Positions 1 through 13,311 of a DNA stretch of 64,000 nucleotides are shown in pieces. Every line of letters begins with the position of its first letter. The stretch's first letter is position 1. The DNA is taken from positions 537,018 to 601,017 of the forward strand of contig MNCI01001832.1 in the NCBI GenBank assembly GCA_015680685.1. Reading direction: 5' to 3'. The notes under the pieces were generated by a model. It saw only the letters and a program-made list of their open reading frames with translations, did not search any database and was not told where the DNA came from. The DNA comes from Gnetum montanum. Its lineage: Eukaryota; Plantae; Gnetophyta. Both the position numbers and the translations under genes were made by a program.

Positions 1-1818
1 ATGCTTGGATGTGATTTTAGCATATAGATGTGTAGTGTGTTTGATATGAATCTTGTAGTTTTAAATGGATTTTGATTTGAAGTCCAATATGCTTCTTATG
101 AGTGTTTGAATTCCATAGAAATTCGTGAGAAAGAGAAAATAGAAATTAAGATTATGAAATGTTTTATATAAGAAAATATAAATAAAAAAAATTCAATTTT
201 ACATGTCACATATGTGATGAAAAGTAAAAGGGAAAAGTAAGTGGTGTAAACATTAAAGTTTATATACTTTATATATATATATATGAGAAGTATAAAACAT
301 AAAACTCATCATTGTTACTTTTTTGCACCACCGTTCTCCATCATTTTACTATGTAAATTGGGTTTTCTATTTTTATTATGAACAAAAATTAATTTTAAAC
401 TTATTTCTTTTGCTTCTTTTGTGCAAATCTTTATTGTGATTTTTTGGCTTCAAGGATGAGTTGTGAAAATCTTTATTGTTATAGTCATGTACATGTGGGT
501 ATGATAGTTGTTTGAAATAAAATAGATTCTTGCTAGATATTTTTGGAGAGGTGTATTGGGGAGGGAAGTGGAAGAGGGGAGGAGGGAGAGGGGCAGAGTA
601 CTGTTAATGCTTATTTGGGTCTTTCAACTTTGACATATTTAATTAGTGACTATACAATCATAATATGTGGGTATGTACAGAAAAAAGGTTAAATATTGAG
701 TTTTAGATGTATGATTTTATGGATTGCCAAATTCTTTGTTAAGTTTTGTGGATTATGCATGATCTAATATGTAACAAATTCAATTGCTTAGAACTTGTAA
801 AAATTAGTTGTAATGTTATAGTAATTATCGTGTCTTAAGTATTATGTATTTTAAGCATGGTTTCTATTCTAAGTATTCTTGGGTATTTCAATTATATATT
901 ATAGTAATTAAATATGATTATTTTATTATATTATTAGTAAAATTTAAGCTTGCATAACTTTGTCTCGAAAAGTTTGATTGAGGAAGAATTAATGTCATTA
1001 GGATCTTCTTCCTATGTACTCTTTAATGATGGAATTTATTTTATTTTTTAGCAAATTCACTTTTGGAGGTCATGTTAACTATTATTTTTATCTCATTATA
1101 TTTATTCAATTAGGTATACTAGTAGTAAAAAATGTAGCTATGGTATGTTGTGCTATTGTTTTCATGTAGTATGCGTAACTATTAGACTTAGATATATGTG
1201 GTCATGTTATATGTTGGACTTGGATGTGTTATGACTATAACATGTAGTGACTTAAGCTAGCTTGAATTAGTCCATGTCTTCACAATGGCATAGATAGTAC
1301 TTGTTGGTGGGTGGAACTAGCATGAGGGGATGGATTAGTTAGCAATGATACATCATGGAGGTAGTCATAGATTGACCCCCATTACGATGGATCAGTAAAA
1401 ATATTGTCTCATCCTAGAAGTAGGAGAGTGTAGGTGTGTTTATCTCTATGATTAGTGCTTGGCATAGGTGTGTATGTCCCTATAGCTAGTCCTTTAGAAG
1501 ACTAGTGATTATGGATCATGGATTGACAAACCCTAGCATTGGTTGGGTAAATAAAAGATTGATAAAAGACCTACTAGTGAATGATTGATTATAAGTATTC
1601 ATGGTAGTGTCACACATGATACACTAAGTGTAGAGATGTTAGCTGCTACATGAGTTATGTGTATGTTTTGTGATTACCATGGGAATCATGGTAGTGATAA
1701 ATGTGTTTTGTGAATGATCTATTGATATGTGAAGATTTGTGTGATGTTTGATTATGTTGTATGAACATGAATATATGTGTATGATTATGGAATTACATGT
1801 GGTTGTATGGTAGACGTC

Positions 1819-1910
1819 TGATGAGTGGTGAGGTACCCCTACACTCAACCATACGAAACGAGCGTCGCACGCACGATCTGGTCGAACTCCGCAGATGGAC
1901 TAGTTGTGGC
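1819..1910 (-). mobile_element. U5 end of a young Athila-type LTR, running into an assembly gap
   Basis: TGATGAGTGGTGAGGTACCCCTACACTCAACCATACGAA is near-identical to the LTR ends at 18448 and 23699; CpGs are retained. Confidence 0.85.
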
Positions 1911-2624
1911 NNNNNNNNNNNNNNNNNNNNNNNNNNNNNNNNNNNNNNNNNNNNNNNNNNNNNNNNNNNNNNNNNNNNNNNNNNNNNNNNNNNNNNNNNN
2001 NNNNNNNNNNNNNNNNNNNNNNNNNNNNNNNNNNNNNNNNNNNNNNNNNNNNNNNNNNNNNNNNNNNNNNNNNNNNNNNNNNNNNNNNNNNNNNNNNNNN
2101 NNNNNNNNNNNNNNNNNNNNNNNNNNNNNNNNNNNNNNNNNNNNNNNNNNNNNNNNNNNNNNNNNNNNNNNNNNNNNNNNNNNNNNNNNNNNNNNNNNNN
2201 NNNNNNNNNNNNNNNNNNNNNNNNNNNNNNNNNNNNNNNNNNNNNNNNNNNNNNNNNNNNNNNNNNNNNNNNNNNNNNNNNNNNNNNNNNNNNNNNNNNN
2301 NNNNNNNNNNNNNNNNNNNNNNNNNNNNNNNNNNNNNNNNNNNNNNNNNNNNNNNNNNNNNNNNNNNNNNNNNNNNNNNNNNNNNNNNNNNNNNNNNNNN
2401 NNNNNNNNNNNNNNNNNNNNNNNNNNNNNNNNNNNNNNNNNNNNNNNNNNNNNNNNNNNNNNNNNNNNNNNNNNNNNNNNNNNNNNNNNNNNNNNNNNNN
2501 NNNNNNNNNNNNNNNNNNNNNNNNNNNNNNNNNNNNNNNNNNNNNNNNNNNNNNNNNNNNNNNNNNNNNNNNNNNNNNNNNNNNNNNNNNNNNNNNNNNN
2601 NNNNNNNNNNNNNNNNNNNNNNNN
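1911..2624. other. Assembly gap (N run)
   Basis: 714 N; the ORF-track calls across it are artefacts. Confidence 1.
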
Positions 2625-3543
2625 TTTTTTTTTTTTGAAATAGAATGATTTTTATTATATAGGATATTTTTGATGCAGACATCAACCCATATTTTTTATG
2701 TATTCTATATCCTTAGTGTCCTTAGAAGTTTTAGGAGTCAAATAATTATATTTGATTTACTTTTTGGAGTCATTTGTAATATTTGTGTAAGTTAGACAAG
2801 CATTTGTGAGGCCATTGGAAGTCACAAGAAGTTCCAATTTAAGATTATAAGCAACTATGAAATGTAGTTTGCTATAGTTTATCATCCAAGGAAAAAAATA
2901 TTATGTTTGGTATTCTTCAGCAGAGTGGAAGACCAATGTGAGAGTAGGAGGATGTAGTTAGAGGGATGCAAGTTGTAATTCAATCATAGCCTATGAGATG
3001 TGAGCTAGTGATCATTGCAGGCTAGTCATAGTCTCAAGAAAAATAGTAAATGAAAAATATCATGGTTTACTAGTGCAAAGTGTTGTGAGCTACAGTTTGG
3101 TTGTAGCCTATGAGATATGAGCTACTATGATTCATAGGCACTTGCATTCTAGAAAAAAAATTAAATTTTTAAAAGGAATGAATTCTGAGAGGTAGACAAC
3201 TAGTCACTTAAGAGTATACAAGGATTGGATAAGGTTTCAGAGCATTCAAGCCCTATCTATCATAGGATTTGCACAGGGTGGTTGAGGTTTGCACAGGGTG
3301 TGGTGGGTTGCGTGGGGTGGATTCAACTAATTTTTAAGAAACTTGAGAAGCTAGAAGAAGATAAGAAAAGCAAACCACCCTTACTAAGAAGATCTAAGCA
3401 AGATTTAAAATCTAAAGATTCTTCCAAATAGTCATCATTCCATAATTGATTTGGATGATGATATCCCATTAATCTTAAACATTTTGAAGATGAGAACAAA
3501 GATGAAGAAGAGGAGGTTCATCATTCTTTAAATATTATATATA

Positions 3544-4196
3544 TGATGAGTCGTGGTTGGCTGCATCGACTAGGCCTTGTTAAATTGGCCCTATCAACAA
3601 GGCCTTGTTGATGCATCATTTCATGTATCAACTAGACCCCATCGACATAGGGTTTACTTTGCCTATAAATACGAGCTCATAAACCATATTTATGGCATGT
3701 ATTATTGTAGTAGTAGTAGAGCTCTTGTAGTTTTCCCATTTGAGAGTTAGAATATTTTCTTAAGTGCTTGTAGTAGGAGTCATTGAGTGTATGAATCTTT
3801 ATTTGAGCATTGTTGTACCTACGCATGATAGTGTGTGCAACAATAAATATGAGCTTTCTAATAAACCTTGCAGCATTTTGGATAGATTAAATATTTTATT
3901 TATGCATTCAATGTTTTCAATAAGCTATTCAATATTTTCTAGTAATTAAGCTAATTAAAATAATTAAGCAAGATAGGATTGATATATTAAACACATAAGT
4001 ACGACCACTTTGAGTGTAACATGTATTCACTTGGTAATCCCAATAGCATTAGTGCTTGCGGCACCTAGTAGCGTAGCGCTTGGTAAGCTAATAGTGGATA
4101 CATGGGTTTAGGATGTGTACGGAAAGTGGGAACAGATGCTTATGTTAGGATTAGTTAGAGACAAGTTAGTTAGTTAATTTAGATTAGTCATTAAAT

Positions 4197-4233
<37 letters not shown>

Positions 4234-4466
4234 GCCCAAAAACATAAAACATAAAATGATAAAAAATAATATGCCTCGATTACTCTTAACCATATCATTA
4301 TGCTTCACAAGTGTAGTTAGGAAGATAATGAATTACCTTAGGGCAAGATTCACTTCCTAGAAGACTAGTGTATTGGAAACTATAAAGTCCATGGAATTCA
4401 ACTAGATCGTGCGTGATCGCTTTGTAATTCATATGCTTGGGCATAGGCGTACCTCACCACTCATCA
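3544..4466 (+). mobile_element. Older Athila-family solo LTR inserted in the CRM 5'/gag region
   Basis: TGATGAG...CTCATCA termini; 3' end CCTCACCACTCATCA is the reverse complement of the Athila LTR end; TATA cctataaata at ~3662; flanks ATATA/ACATC give only an imperfect TSD. Confidence 0.75.
4201..4229 (+). repeat. (CT)n microsatellite
   Basis: About 14 CT units inside the solo LTR. Confidence 0.95.
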
Positions 4467-7400
4467 ACATCAATCATAAAGTTTAAGTATTCATAGAGGA
4501 AGGAATATTGGGTCTAATTCAAGATAATAAGGACAAATTGATAAAGAAATGAAGATCATTCTTGTTAAGACCTTTAGACATGCTATAAATATGCTACATG
4601 TTAAGGCTAAAAAATTTAATGGAATGAAAGATACAGATTCATTTACTTCTTAGCTCAAAAAAATTAATAAATAATTTGAACTTGAAGATATTCATGAGAA
4701 ACAAAAAGTGTCACATGTTGAAACCAAATTGGAGGATATGCCACTAGGTTGGTGGAAAAGAGAATGCCATGCTTATGTTGTTAACAATGGATTTCCCATC
4801 AAAGATTGATCACTCATGAAATATTTGATTAAATTTTTGTTTGATAAGTTCCATCATAGGCAAGAAGCAATTCAAAGGCTCAACTATGTGAGATATGGAG
4901 ATAAAAATGTTAAAGATTACTCATGAAATTTAAAAGGTATTTCAACAAGCAAAGGTGTAATGGTATAAGTATGAACAAGTCTCAAATTTTATAGTTGGTT
5001 TGAAGAGAGAGTATCAATAAGAGCTTACATTTTGTGAAGCTCAAACTATAGATGAGACATTTGAGTTATCTTTCAAGGTTGTGAAGAAGTTACAAGGATA
5101 TGTAAAAAGTGGTTTAGGAAATTATTCAAAGGGAAAAGATTTCAAATCTTCCAAAGTTGAAAAGAAGTTTAAGGAAGATAATGCCAAGGGAGATACATAA
5201 GAGAAGCCAAAGGAGGATTCTAACAAGTCTTCCAAGAAGGATTCATCCAATGAAATTTTTTTTAATAAGATCCAATGCTTCAATTATGGAGAAATGAACC
5301 ATAAGTAATGGAAATGCAAGAAGCCAAAGGCTTGAAAATAAAAGGAACTTCAAACTATAAAGAATAATCCTTAACCTCAATAAGCTAATGTAACACTAAT
5401 ACACCTATGATTCAAAATACCACTAAAGTTAATTATGAAACTTTCATAAATAATTTCAATGTTGAGGATCCTAATAGGAATATGCTTTTTAGAACTAGAG
5501 CTAGATGTTTGTCTAGTAGGGAATGAATTCATATTCTCATTGTTGGTGGAGCTCAAGAAAATATGATCTCTACTAAGGCTATCCAAAGATTATGTTTGCC
5601 CAAATTTCCTCATCCAAGGCCTTATAAAATTCATTGGCTTTATAAGGAGCATTAATAAAAAGTGAAAGAGAGATGTATGTTGTCTTTTAAACTTAGTTTT
5701 TGAAACACCTCAAAGAAAAATTTAATCATAAATAGGGAATCTTGGTGGCCAAGTTAAAACCAAGAAGGAAGCTTAAGCCCCTTCTATGTAATTTTCAAAT
5801 GTAATTTTGGTTGGATTCAAGAGTGAAAGAAATGCCTTGATTTTTCCTTAGAAATACATCTTGTAACCCTATTTCATTGAAATTCCAAAGCATTCTCATG
5901 ATGTAAAGCATAATTAATAGCATAAAATATGAAATACTCCATAAATTATGCTAGCTAGTGTATGAAAAAATTTACACAAGAAAATATGGTAGCCAACATA
6001 AACTAGGTTTATGCCACAAATACGCCGTAGGTTGCTAATGTGAAGCATGTAGAATACGCTGCATTTTTCTTGCCCATTGTAAATTGTAAAAATATTATAC
6101 ATGATGTTGGGAAATTTGCTAAAATAGAAGCTAACGTGAAGTATCAAGTGATGGTCTATAAAATTAGAAGCCAATGCCATCTTTAGGGACTTTTGAATCT
6201 TTTGGACATTAGAAGATCTTGAAGCACATAGCTATTTTTTAAAGCTAATAATTGAGAGCACTTGGAATCTATTACAACCTTCAATTTCAATGTAGCAATA
6301 GCAACCTAGCTACCTTTGTGATGGTTGTAGAGCACACCTTGCCCACCCAAGCTTCAAATCACCTAACATCAATTTTAGGAAGATTTTCAAGACCTTTGTT
6401 GCAAGGCTTAAGTGTAGACCAGAGACTTTTAAGGGCATTGTTTTTGAGGCCTAGGTGCAGATCTATCTTCTGAATACCTTCATAGAATATAGATCTATAT
6501 TCTATAAACTTTGTATTCCTATGATGGATAACATTCTTAATGTTCTTGCTCATGCTAAAGTCTTTTCTAAACTATTTTTGAAGAATTCTTACCATGAAAT
6601 AAAGATTGGACCTAGGGATGAGTGAAAAATTATCTTTAAAACTTCAAATGAATTGTATGAGTGGTTAGTTATGCTATTTTGGCTAACTAATGCTGTTGCT
6701 ACCTTCATGAGGTTAATGCATGATGTGATGAGAAAGTTAGTTGGTAAATGTCACATTGTATTTTTTGATGATATTCTTGTTTACAATTCTAATGAAAATA
6801 AGCATGTAAAACATTTGAGAAAATTATTTTTCAAATTACATGAAGTTTAGCTAATGATAAATGTGAAAAAAATTACTATCTTAAAAGAAAGATTATGTAT
6901 GTGGATCATGTTATCTTCAAAAATCAGGTAAAGATGAATCTTGGTAAGATTAAGGTAATTAGAGGTTGGTCTTTACCAATGAATGTTAGAGAGGTAAGGT
7001 ATTTTCTTAGGATAGCTAGTTTTTATAGGAGATTCATTAGAAATTTTCATTCTATTGCATAGCTAATACTTTCTTGTTTGAAGAAAAGTATAGATTTTAT
7101 GTGGGATTATGAAAAAGAAAAATCATTCCAATCCCTGAAGGAAAAAAATTAAAGTGCTCCAATTCTTTTCATTCCAAACTTTGCCAAGGTCTTTAAAGTG
7201 GAGATGGCTATAAGTTGATTTATAGTTGATGATGTTTTGTCATAAGAAGATAAGCCCATTACATTTTCTTAGAAAAACTAAATGAATCAAGGAAATAGTA
7301 TAGTGTTTATGAAAAGGAATTGTATGTTATAATTAAAGCTATTAAACATTGGAGACATTACTTGTTAGGAAGTAAATTTTTACTTTTGATTGATCACATG

Positions 7401-8748
7401 GCATTTTAATTCTTGTGTTTACAAAAGAAGTTAAATGCTAAGCATATGAAATGGGTGGAGTAACTCCAAGAGTTTCACTTTGTGCTAAAGAATAAAAGTA
7501 GAAAAAGTAATATGATAGTAGATGCTCTTTCTAGGATTCATGTGGTGGGCCATTCATGTGTACAAGTAGAGGAACTTGAGACTTTTACTTATTTGTATAT
7601 AGATGATGCTGATTTTGATGGGATCTAGAAGGATCTTAATTCTTAATTTCTTAGTAGAGTGGATAAACATTAACATTTATAGTTTTGACTTCTCTTTAAG
7701 AATGATAAGTTATGTATGTGAAATTTTGATTTTAGGTTAAGGATTTTGCATGAAAAGCATACTTGTGATATGGTTGTATACATGGGTAGGAAAAATACCT
7801 ATTAGCTTATTACTAAAATCCATTTTTAGCTAGGTATGCAAAGTGGTGTAAATGAATTAATTAGGGAGTGCCATGTTTTTTAAAACTTTATAGGAGAAAA
7901 AGGTATTGCTGGTTACTCTTTGTCTGTGCTCATTCCTAACACTACATGGGAAAGAATTTATATGGATTGTATGTCTGATATTCCAAAGATAAAATGTAGG
8001 CATGATTATATTTTTGTTGTTGTGAATAGATTTTATAAAATAGAACATTTCATTTCTTGTAACAGAAGTAATGATGCATCTCATGTATCTTTTTTTTTTG
8101 GACATATTATTAGATTACATGGAATTCCTTTGAATATTGTGGGTGATAGAGATGTGATATTTACAAGTTATTTTTGGATTTTGTTAGGTACCAAGTTGTC
8201 ATTTTCTAGTATCATTTATAAAGTGATGAATAAACAAAGGTTATGAATAAATCATTTTTGAATATTATAAGATGTCTTTGTGAAGATTACCTAAATAGAT
8301 GGGAAAATATATTGGCTCATGTTGAGTTTAGCTATAAACTCTTATTATTCCAAAAGTGGTAAAAGTTAATTTATGATGAATTATTATTATTTTCCTAGGT
8401 TGGAAGATGACTTGAAAAAAAATTGATGGTTTTGCTCATGCCAGTTTAGATTTTATGCAAAACATGCAAGACTTCCACAAATAAGTGAAGGAAAATCTTG
8501 AAAGCAAGGCAAAAGAGATTACCACTACCAATAATTTGGATAAAAAGGAGATGAAATTTAAAGTTTGTAACTATGTTTGGCTTCATATGGGTAATAAGAG
8601 ATTGAGAAATATGAACCATCGCAACCTCAAATCAAGGAGAATTAGTCCATTTCAGATCATGGACAAGATAAATGATAATGCTTATGAACTTGATATTTCA
8701 AATGATTTTCCCTTTTCTTTTCTTTTTAATGTTTTAGAGTTAACTTAA
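4467..8748 (+). pseudogene. CRM-like gag-pol pseudogene (gag, CCHC, PR, RT, RNaseH, IN)
   Basis: Degenerate CCHC (~5275-5320). RT YEWLVMLFWLTNAVATFMRLM...FFDDILVY (6653-6850). RNaseH YEKELYVIIKAIKHWRHYL (~7310-7370). Integrase WERIYMD...IFVVVNRFYKIEHFI...GIPLNIVGDRD (7920-8246). Many stops and frameshifts. Confidence 0.9.
5701..6480 (+). mobile_element. Foreign LTR-like fragment replacing the CRM PR-RT junction (possibly Ogre-like)
   Basis: Starts TGAAACACC, like the LTR start of the 31831-50185 element read on its own strand. CRM coding signal stops at ~5700 and resumes inside RT at ~6500. Confidence 0.4.
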
Positions 8749-11548
8749 TACCATTGAAAGGTACTTACATGAGAATTAGAGGATAGTAAGAAAATTCTCA
8801 AAGATGTAATTAAAGAAGCCACTTAAAGCATGTCTAAGAAGCTAATTATTCTACCAGAGAGAGAGACCATTGGAATAAGAGGGATAAAGATACATGAGTA
8901 GTTGATCCTTTGAAGTGATAAGGAACCTTAGAATGCATGGTGGATTTATGAAAGTAATTTGAGTAGGTGGGGGATTGATGTCATCCCATGTGTAAAATGC
9001 ACTTAAGTCTAAATATATTTTTAAGGATGAGGAAGATGATGAGGATATCAACCCATATTTTTTTATGTATTCTACATTCTTAGTATTCTTATAAGTTTCA
9101 AGAGTTGAATAATTATATTTGGTTTCCTTTTTGGAGTTATTTGTGATATTTGTATGAGTCAAACAAGCAACTACGAGGTCATTACAATTCATAGGAAGCC
9201 ATTGTTTAAGATTACAAGTGAATGTAAATTGTAGTGTACTATAGTTTATCATCTAAGAGTAAAAATATCATGTTTGGTATTCTTTAGCAAAGTGTGAGAT
9301 CAACATGAGTGCAAGAGATCACTATCAAATGAGTGCAGGTTAGAATCTAGTGTAGTCTATGAGATGTGAGCTAACTATTATTGTGATTTGGCCATAGCTC
9401 TAAGAGAAACAGTAATAAAAAAATATTATAGTTTACCAATACAAAGGACTGTGAGTTGTAATCCCATTTTAGTTTGCAAGATGTGAGTTACTATGACTTG
9501 CAAGCACTTACAGTTAAAAATTTTTTAAATTACACAAATTTCTAGAGGTAGGAAAATGGCTACATGAAGGTATAAAAGAATTAGGTAAGATTCAAAAGCA
9601 TTTGTGCCTTATCTATTATAGCATTGGAATCTCTCTAGAGAACAAGTGTGTCTTAATTATTGGATTCCTTACATTTTCTCATCTTAAGCATTTCACTTAA
9701 GGATTATGCGAGTAGGAGAGGATTGTCTTGGGTCTTATTCTAGATCCATGATTGTGTTGTATATCTAGCATTGGTACTATGATTTTAATAAAAAAGTATT
9801 TTTTCTTGTTCATCCTTGGTTCTCTTTTATTTTCATTAAGATTAGTTTCAAGGAAATTTTGACTACCTATGGAGTTTTAGGCTTGGAGTCCATACCAATT
9901 TTGATATATGCATCATGTGGATTATTTTTAGTGTGTTTCCATGTATCATGAGATTCTTGATTTGTCATGATTTCATTATGTTAGTATTACAATTGTAAGC
10001 ATCACTTTGTCCTACTTAGGTATGATAGGGTAGAATGTTATATAGTAGTATTAAAGTGTGTTTAGTTTGATGTTGTATGATATTTATGGTACTCACTAGT
10101 TTATGACTTCAGGTTATAGATATGTATAGTAGATGTTGTCTTGATGCTTATGGGACCTTAGGATCAAAAGGACTTGATGTTCAACTAGTTGATCTTTCAT
10201 AAGCATTTAGTAATGATCTTATGAGTAGTGAAGTAGATCATATTTAGTAGTTATTATAGATCTTGTAGTAGCATGTAGCTAGTGGTGCTTCCACTTCAAC
10301 TACTAGGAAGATGAGGAGTGGCCATGATAGTGGTAGAACTAGTGATTAAACAAGGTAGCCTATCAACAAAAATTAATAAAAAACTTTTAAAAGCTAGAAA
10401 CTCCCATATTTGATGGTTTTGAGAATCCTATTGTAGCCATAAAGTGATTAAAGGAGTTATGAAAGGATTTTGATTTGAAGGAATTTTCATTAGATCAGTA
10501 GACTTGGTTGATGATATATTATTTAATTAGTACTACTCAAGATTGGTGGATAACTAAGGAGTAGGCCAAGGGATGGACTAGTCAAGAGGTGATATGACAT
10601 GATTTTCTATAAAATTATTTAGATCTTGTTATGTATCTATGCAATGCACCTAGACTAGGATGGATGAGTTTTACTACTTGTTTTAGGACAATTGTTCTAT
10701 GATGGAATACAATACTATCTTTTCTAAGCTTAGTAGTTATGTTCACAGATGTAGATAGATGCTAGAACATGAGAAAATAGATTTTTTAGAGGTTCAAGGC
10801 CCTCACTAAAAGATCACATATTGTCCCTAAGATTGACATTATATGATGATGCTAGAGTAGTTGCGTTGAATTTATAAAAAAGCCAACACGAGGATGCAAC
10901 TTGTCATGAAAGGAGGTAAAGATATAAGATGGGACTAACATTTGGAGGTAGGCCTAGCCCATCCAAGTAGGCTTGTGAATGTGGATATGAGCACTAAATA
11001 TTATCTAATGGGTTTACCTTGGAAGATGGTCATGGATCTATTATTTTCTATAGATATAGGTAGCTTGATTATTTGTAAAATGTTGATCAAAACTATTTTG
11101 TATGTAGGTAGCTAGGACATTAGAATAAAAAGTGTCTACAATGGGTAAGTGGTAGTAGAGGAGGTAGAGGCCAAGGATAAAGGTCACAAATCCAATGTGA
11201 ATATGGAACACCTAGTGTTTAGCCAGAATGAGTAGATTAAAGGACCCTAGTATTGGGTATGTATTCTAATAGACCAACTTGTTAACATGTAGTCCAACAT
11301 AGTGATGGTGATTGAATGTACAATTTTGTACTTTGATGTATTAATTTTATTTGATCTAGGTGCTAATCATTCCTTCATAGATCCTAATGTTGTACATTAG
11401 GTAGATTATACATATCATTTTCTTTATTTTGGTTTCTTAGTATCTTTTGCTAGAGGCCTTGTGATTTGAGTTGATTAGGTATGATTAGGTATATCTATAG
11501 AATTATAGGATGTGCAATGCATCAATGATTTACATGTTCTGAATATTA

Positions 11549-11641
11549 AAGCATATGATGTAATTTGGGGTATGGAGTGAAGCATATGATGTGATTTTGG
11601 GTATGGAGTGAAGCATATGATATGATTTTGGGTATGGATTG
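11549..11641 (+). repeat. 31-bp tandem triplication within the protease region
   Basis: AAGCATATGATGTGATTTTGGGTATGGAGTG x3, covering the YDVILGMDW motif; frameshifting. Confidence 0.9.
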
Positions 11642-13311
11642 ACTATCATAGTTTAATATCTATTTGGATTGTAGGTAGAAGCTTCTAAGAAAATAATCAA
11701 TTGATGATGCTTAATTTGAGGCAAAAAATCATTTGATTTTTCTATGGTTGGATTTTATCTTCTCTCAAATGTTTCATAGGATGCTTCAAAAGAGGAATGA
11801 ATGCTTTGGAATCATGATTTATAGAACAATTTTGGTGAAGATAGATTAGATCCCAATTATGTAGAAATTCCATAATGTGTTTTAATGAAATTTTTAAGGG
11901 TTACTACTAAGATGTGAGATTGAGTATTAGATAAAGCTTAAGCCTTGTATAAAGTCTATCTCTTAGGCTCTACACAGGATGTCTCTAATAAAGCTAGTAT
12001 AGCTAAAGATCTAGTTGCAGAAATTTTTGGACAAAGGTTTCATTCAGCCTAGTGTACCATCATGGGGTGAACTAGTGTTATTTATTAAAAATAAGGATGT
12101 GAGCCAATGGTTGTGTATATATTATAGGTAACTAAGCCATGTAACAGTAAGAAGTAAATGCTCTCTACCATGCATTGATGACTTATTTAAGCAACTTTAG
12201 TGAAGCTCATGTATTCTTGAAGATTGATCTTAATAATGAATATTATCAGGTATGGGTTCATGAGTAGGATACATCCAAGACATCATTTAGAACTTGTTAT
12301 GATCATTCTAAAATTCTAGTGCTTCTATTTGGATTAACAAACACATCAAAAATTTTCATGCTTCTTATGAATAATGTATTGTAGCTATTATTAAATTAAT
12401 TTATCATTATATTGATAGATGATATCCTAGTGTATTTTCTTGATGAGAACTTACATGAAGAGTACTTATAAATAGTATTGTGGATCTTAAGGAAGTGCTA
12501 GTTATACACTCATTTTTTTTAAATATTCATTTTGGTAGTCATAGATTCAAATTCTAAGGCATGTGGTATTATGAGATGGTATTTTTATGGATTTCATAAA
12601 GATTATAGTTTTCTATGATTAGATAGTACTATAGCTAGTAGAAAAGGTTTAAAGATTCTTGGGGTTAGTAGGTTATTTTCATAAATTTATAGAATAATTA
12701 TCTTAGAAATAATTTCCTTTAACTTGGCTGTTAAAAAAGGAAACTAGCTTTCTTTAGAATCCAACTTGTTAGGACATATTTAAAAAGTTGAAGTAGGAAC
12801 TAGTGATTGTCCTAGTATTAGTATCTTCTACACTAAGGAATTCATATGATGTTAGCATTGATGCTTTAAAAAATATGTTTGTTTGTATATTTATGTAGCT
12901 AGGATGAACATGTTGTATCTTTTGCATATAGAGACCATATATTCTATGCATCATCTAGATTAAGATGCTATGGTGTTCACATTAAAGATTTCACAACATT
13001 ATTTGTATGCGAAGTAGGTGACTATTTGAATTAACCATAAGAGCCTTCAGCATCTCATGATTTAGTCACAATTAGGCCTTTAATAACATAGATGGACAAA
13101 ATTGATCAATGACTTTGATTCCAATATCAAATACATATCTAGAAGGATCAATAAGATATAATATACATTTAGTAGGTTATTTAGTAAGCTTAATAGCATG
13201 ACTATCCAATTAAATTTATAGGAGTAGATTTGAGAGTAGCAGTAACATGATCCATGGTGTTGAAAGTTAGTGCATCATATCATCCACAATGGATCATTAT
13301 CTATGGATAGT

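Larger units (their letters stand above)
2671..9897 (+). mobile_element. Decayed CRM-like Ty3/gypsy retrotransposon inserted in the 5' LTR of element A
   Basis: TSD ATTTT (2666-2670 and 9898-9902). 5' LTR 2671-~3270 (truncated) matches 3' LTR 9037-9897; PPT aaggatgaggaaga. CRM-typical protease-adjacent HPRPYKIHW and integrase tail PFQIMDKINDNAYELD. Confidence 0.85.

Noticed and set aside
1813-1872. Hammerhead-ribozyme-like string CTGATGA-G...C-GAAA-CGAGCG-TC (retrozyme candidate)
   Set aside because: The first C is target DNA outside the LTR and stem I does not pair. Other copies read GTGATGA/ATGATGA and GAATAC, so the core is not conserved. It is also antisense to the element.
1797-2685. 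ORFs of 244-283 aa
   Set aside because: They are translations of the N gap.
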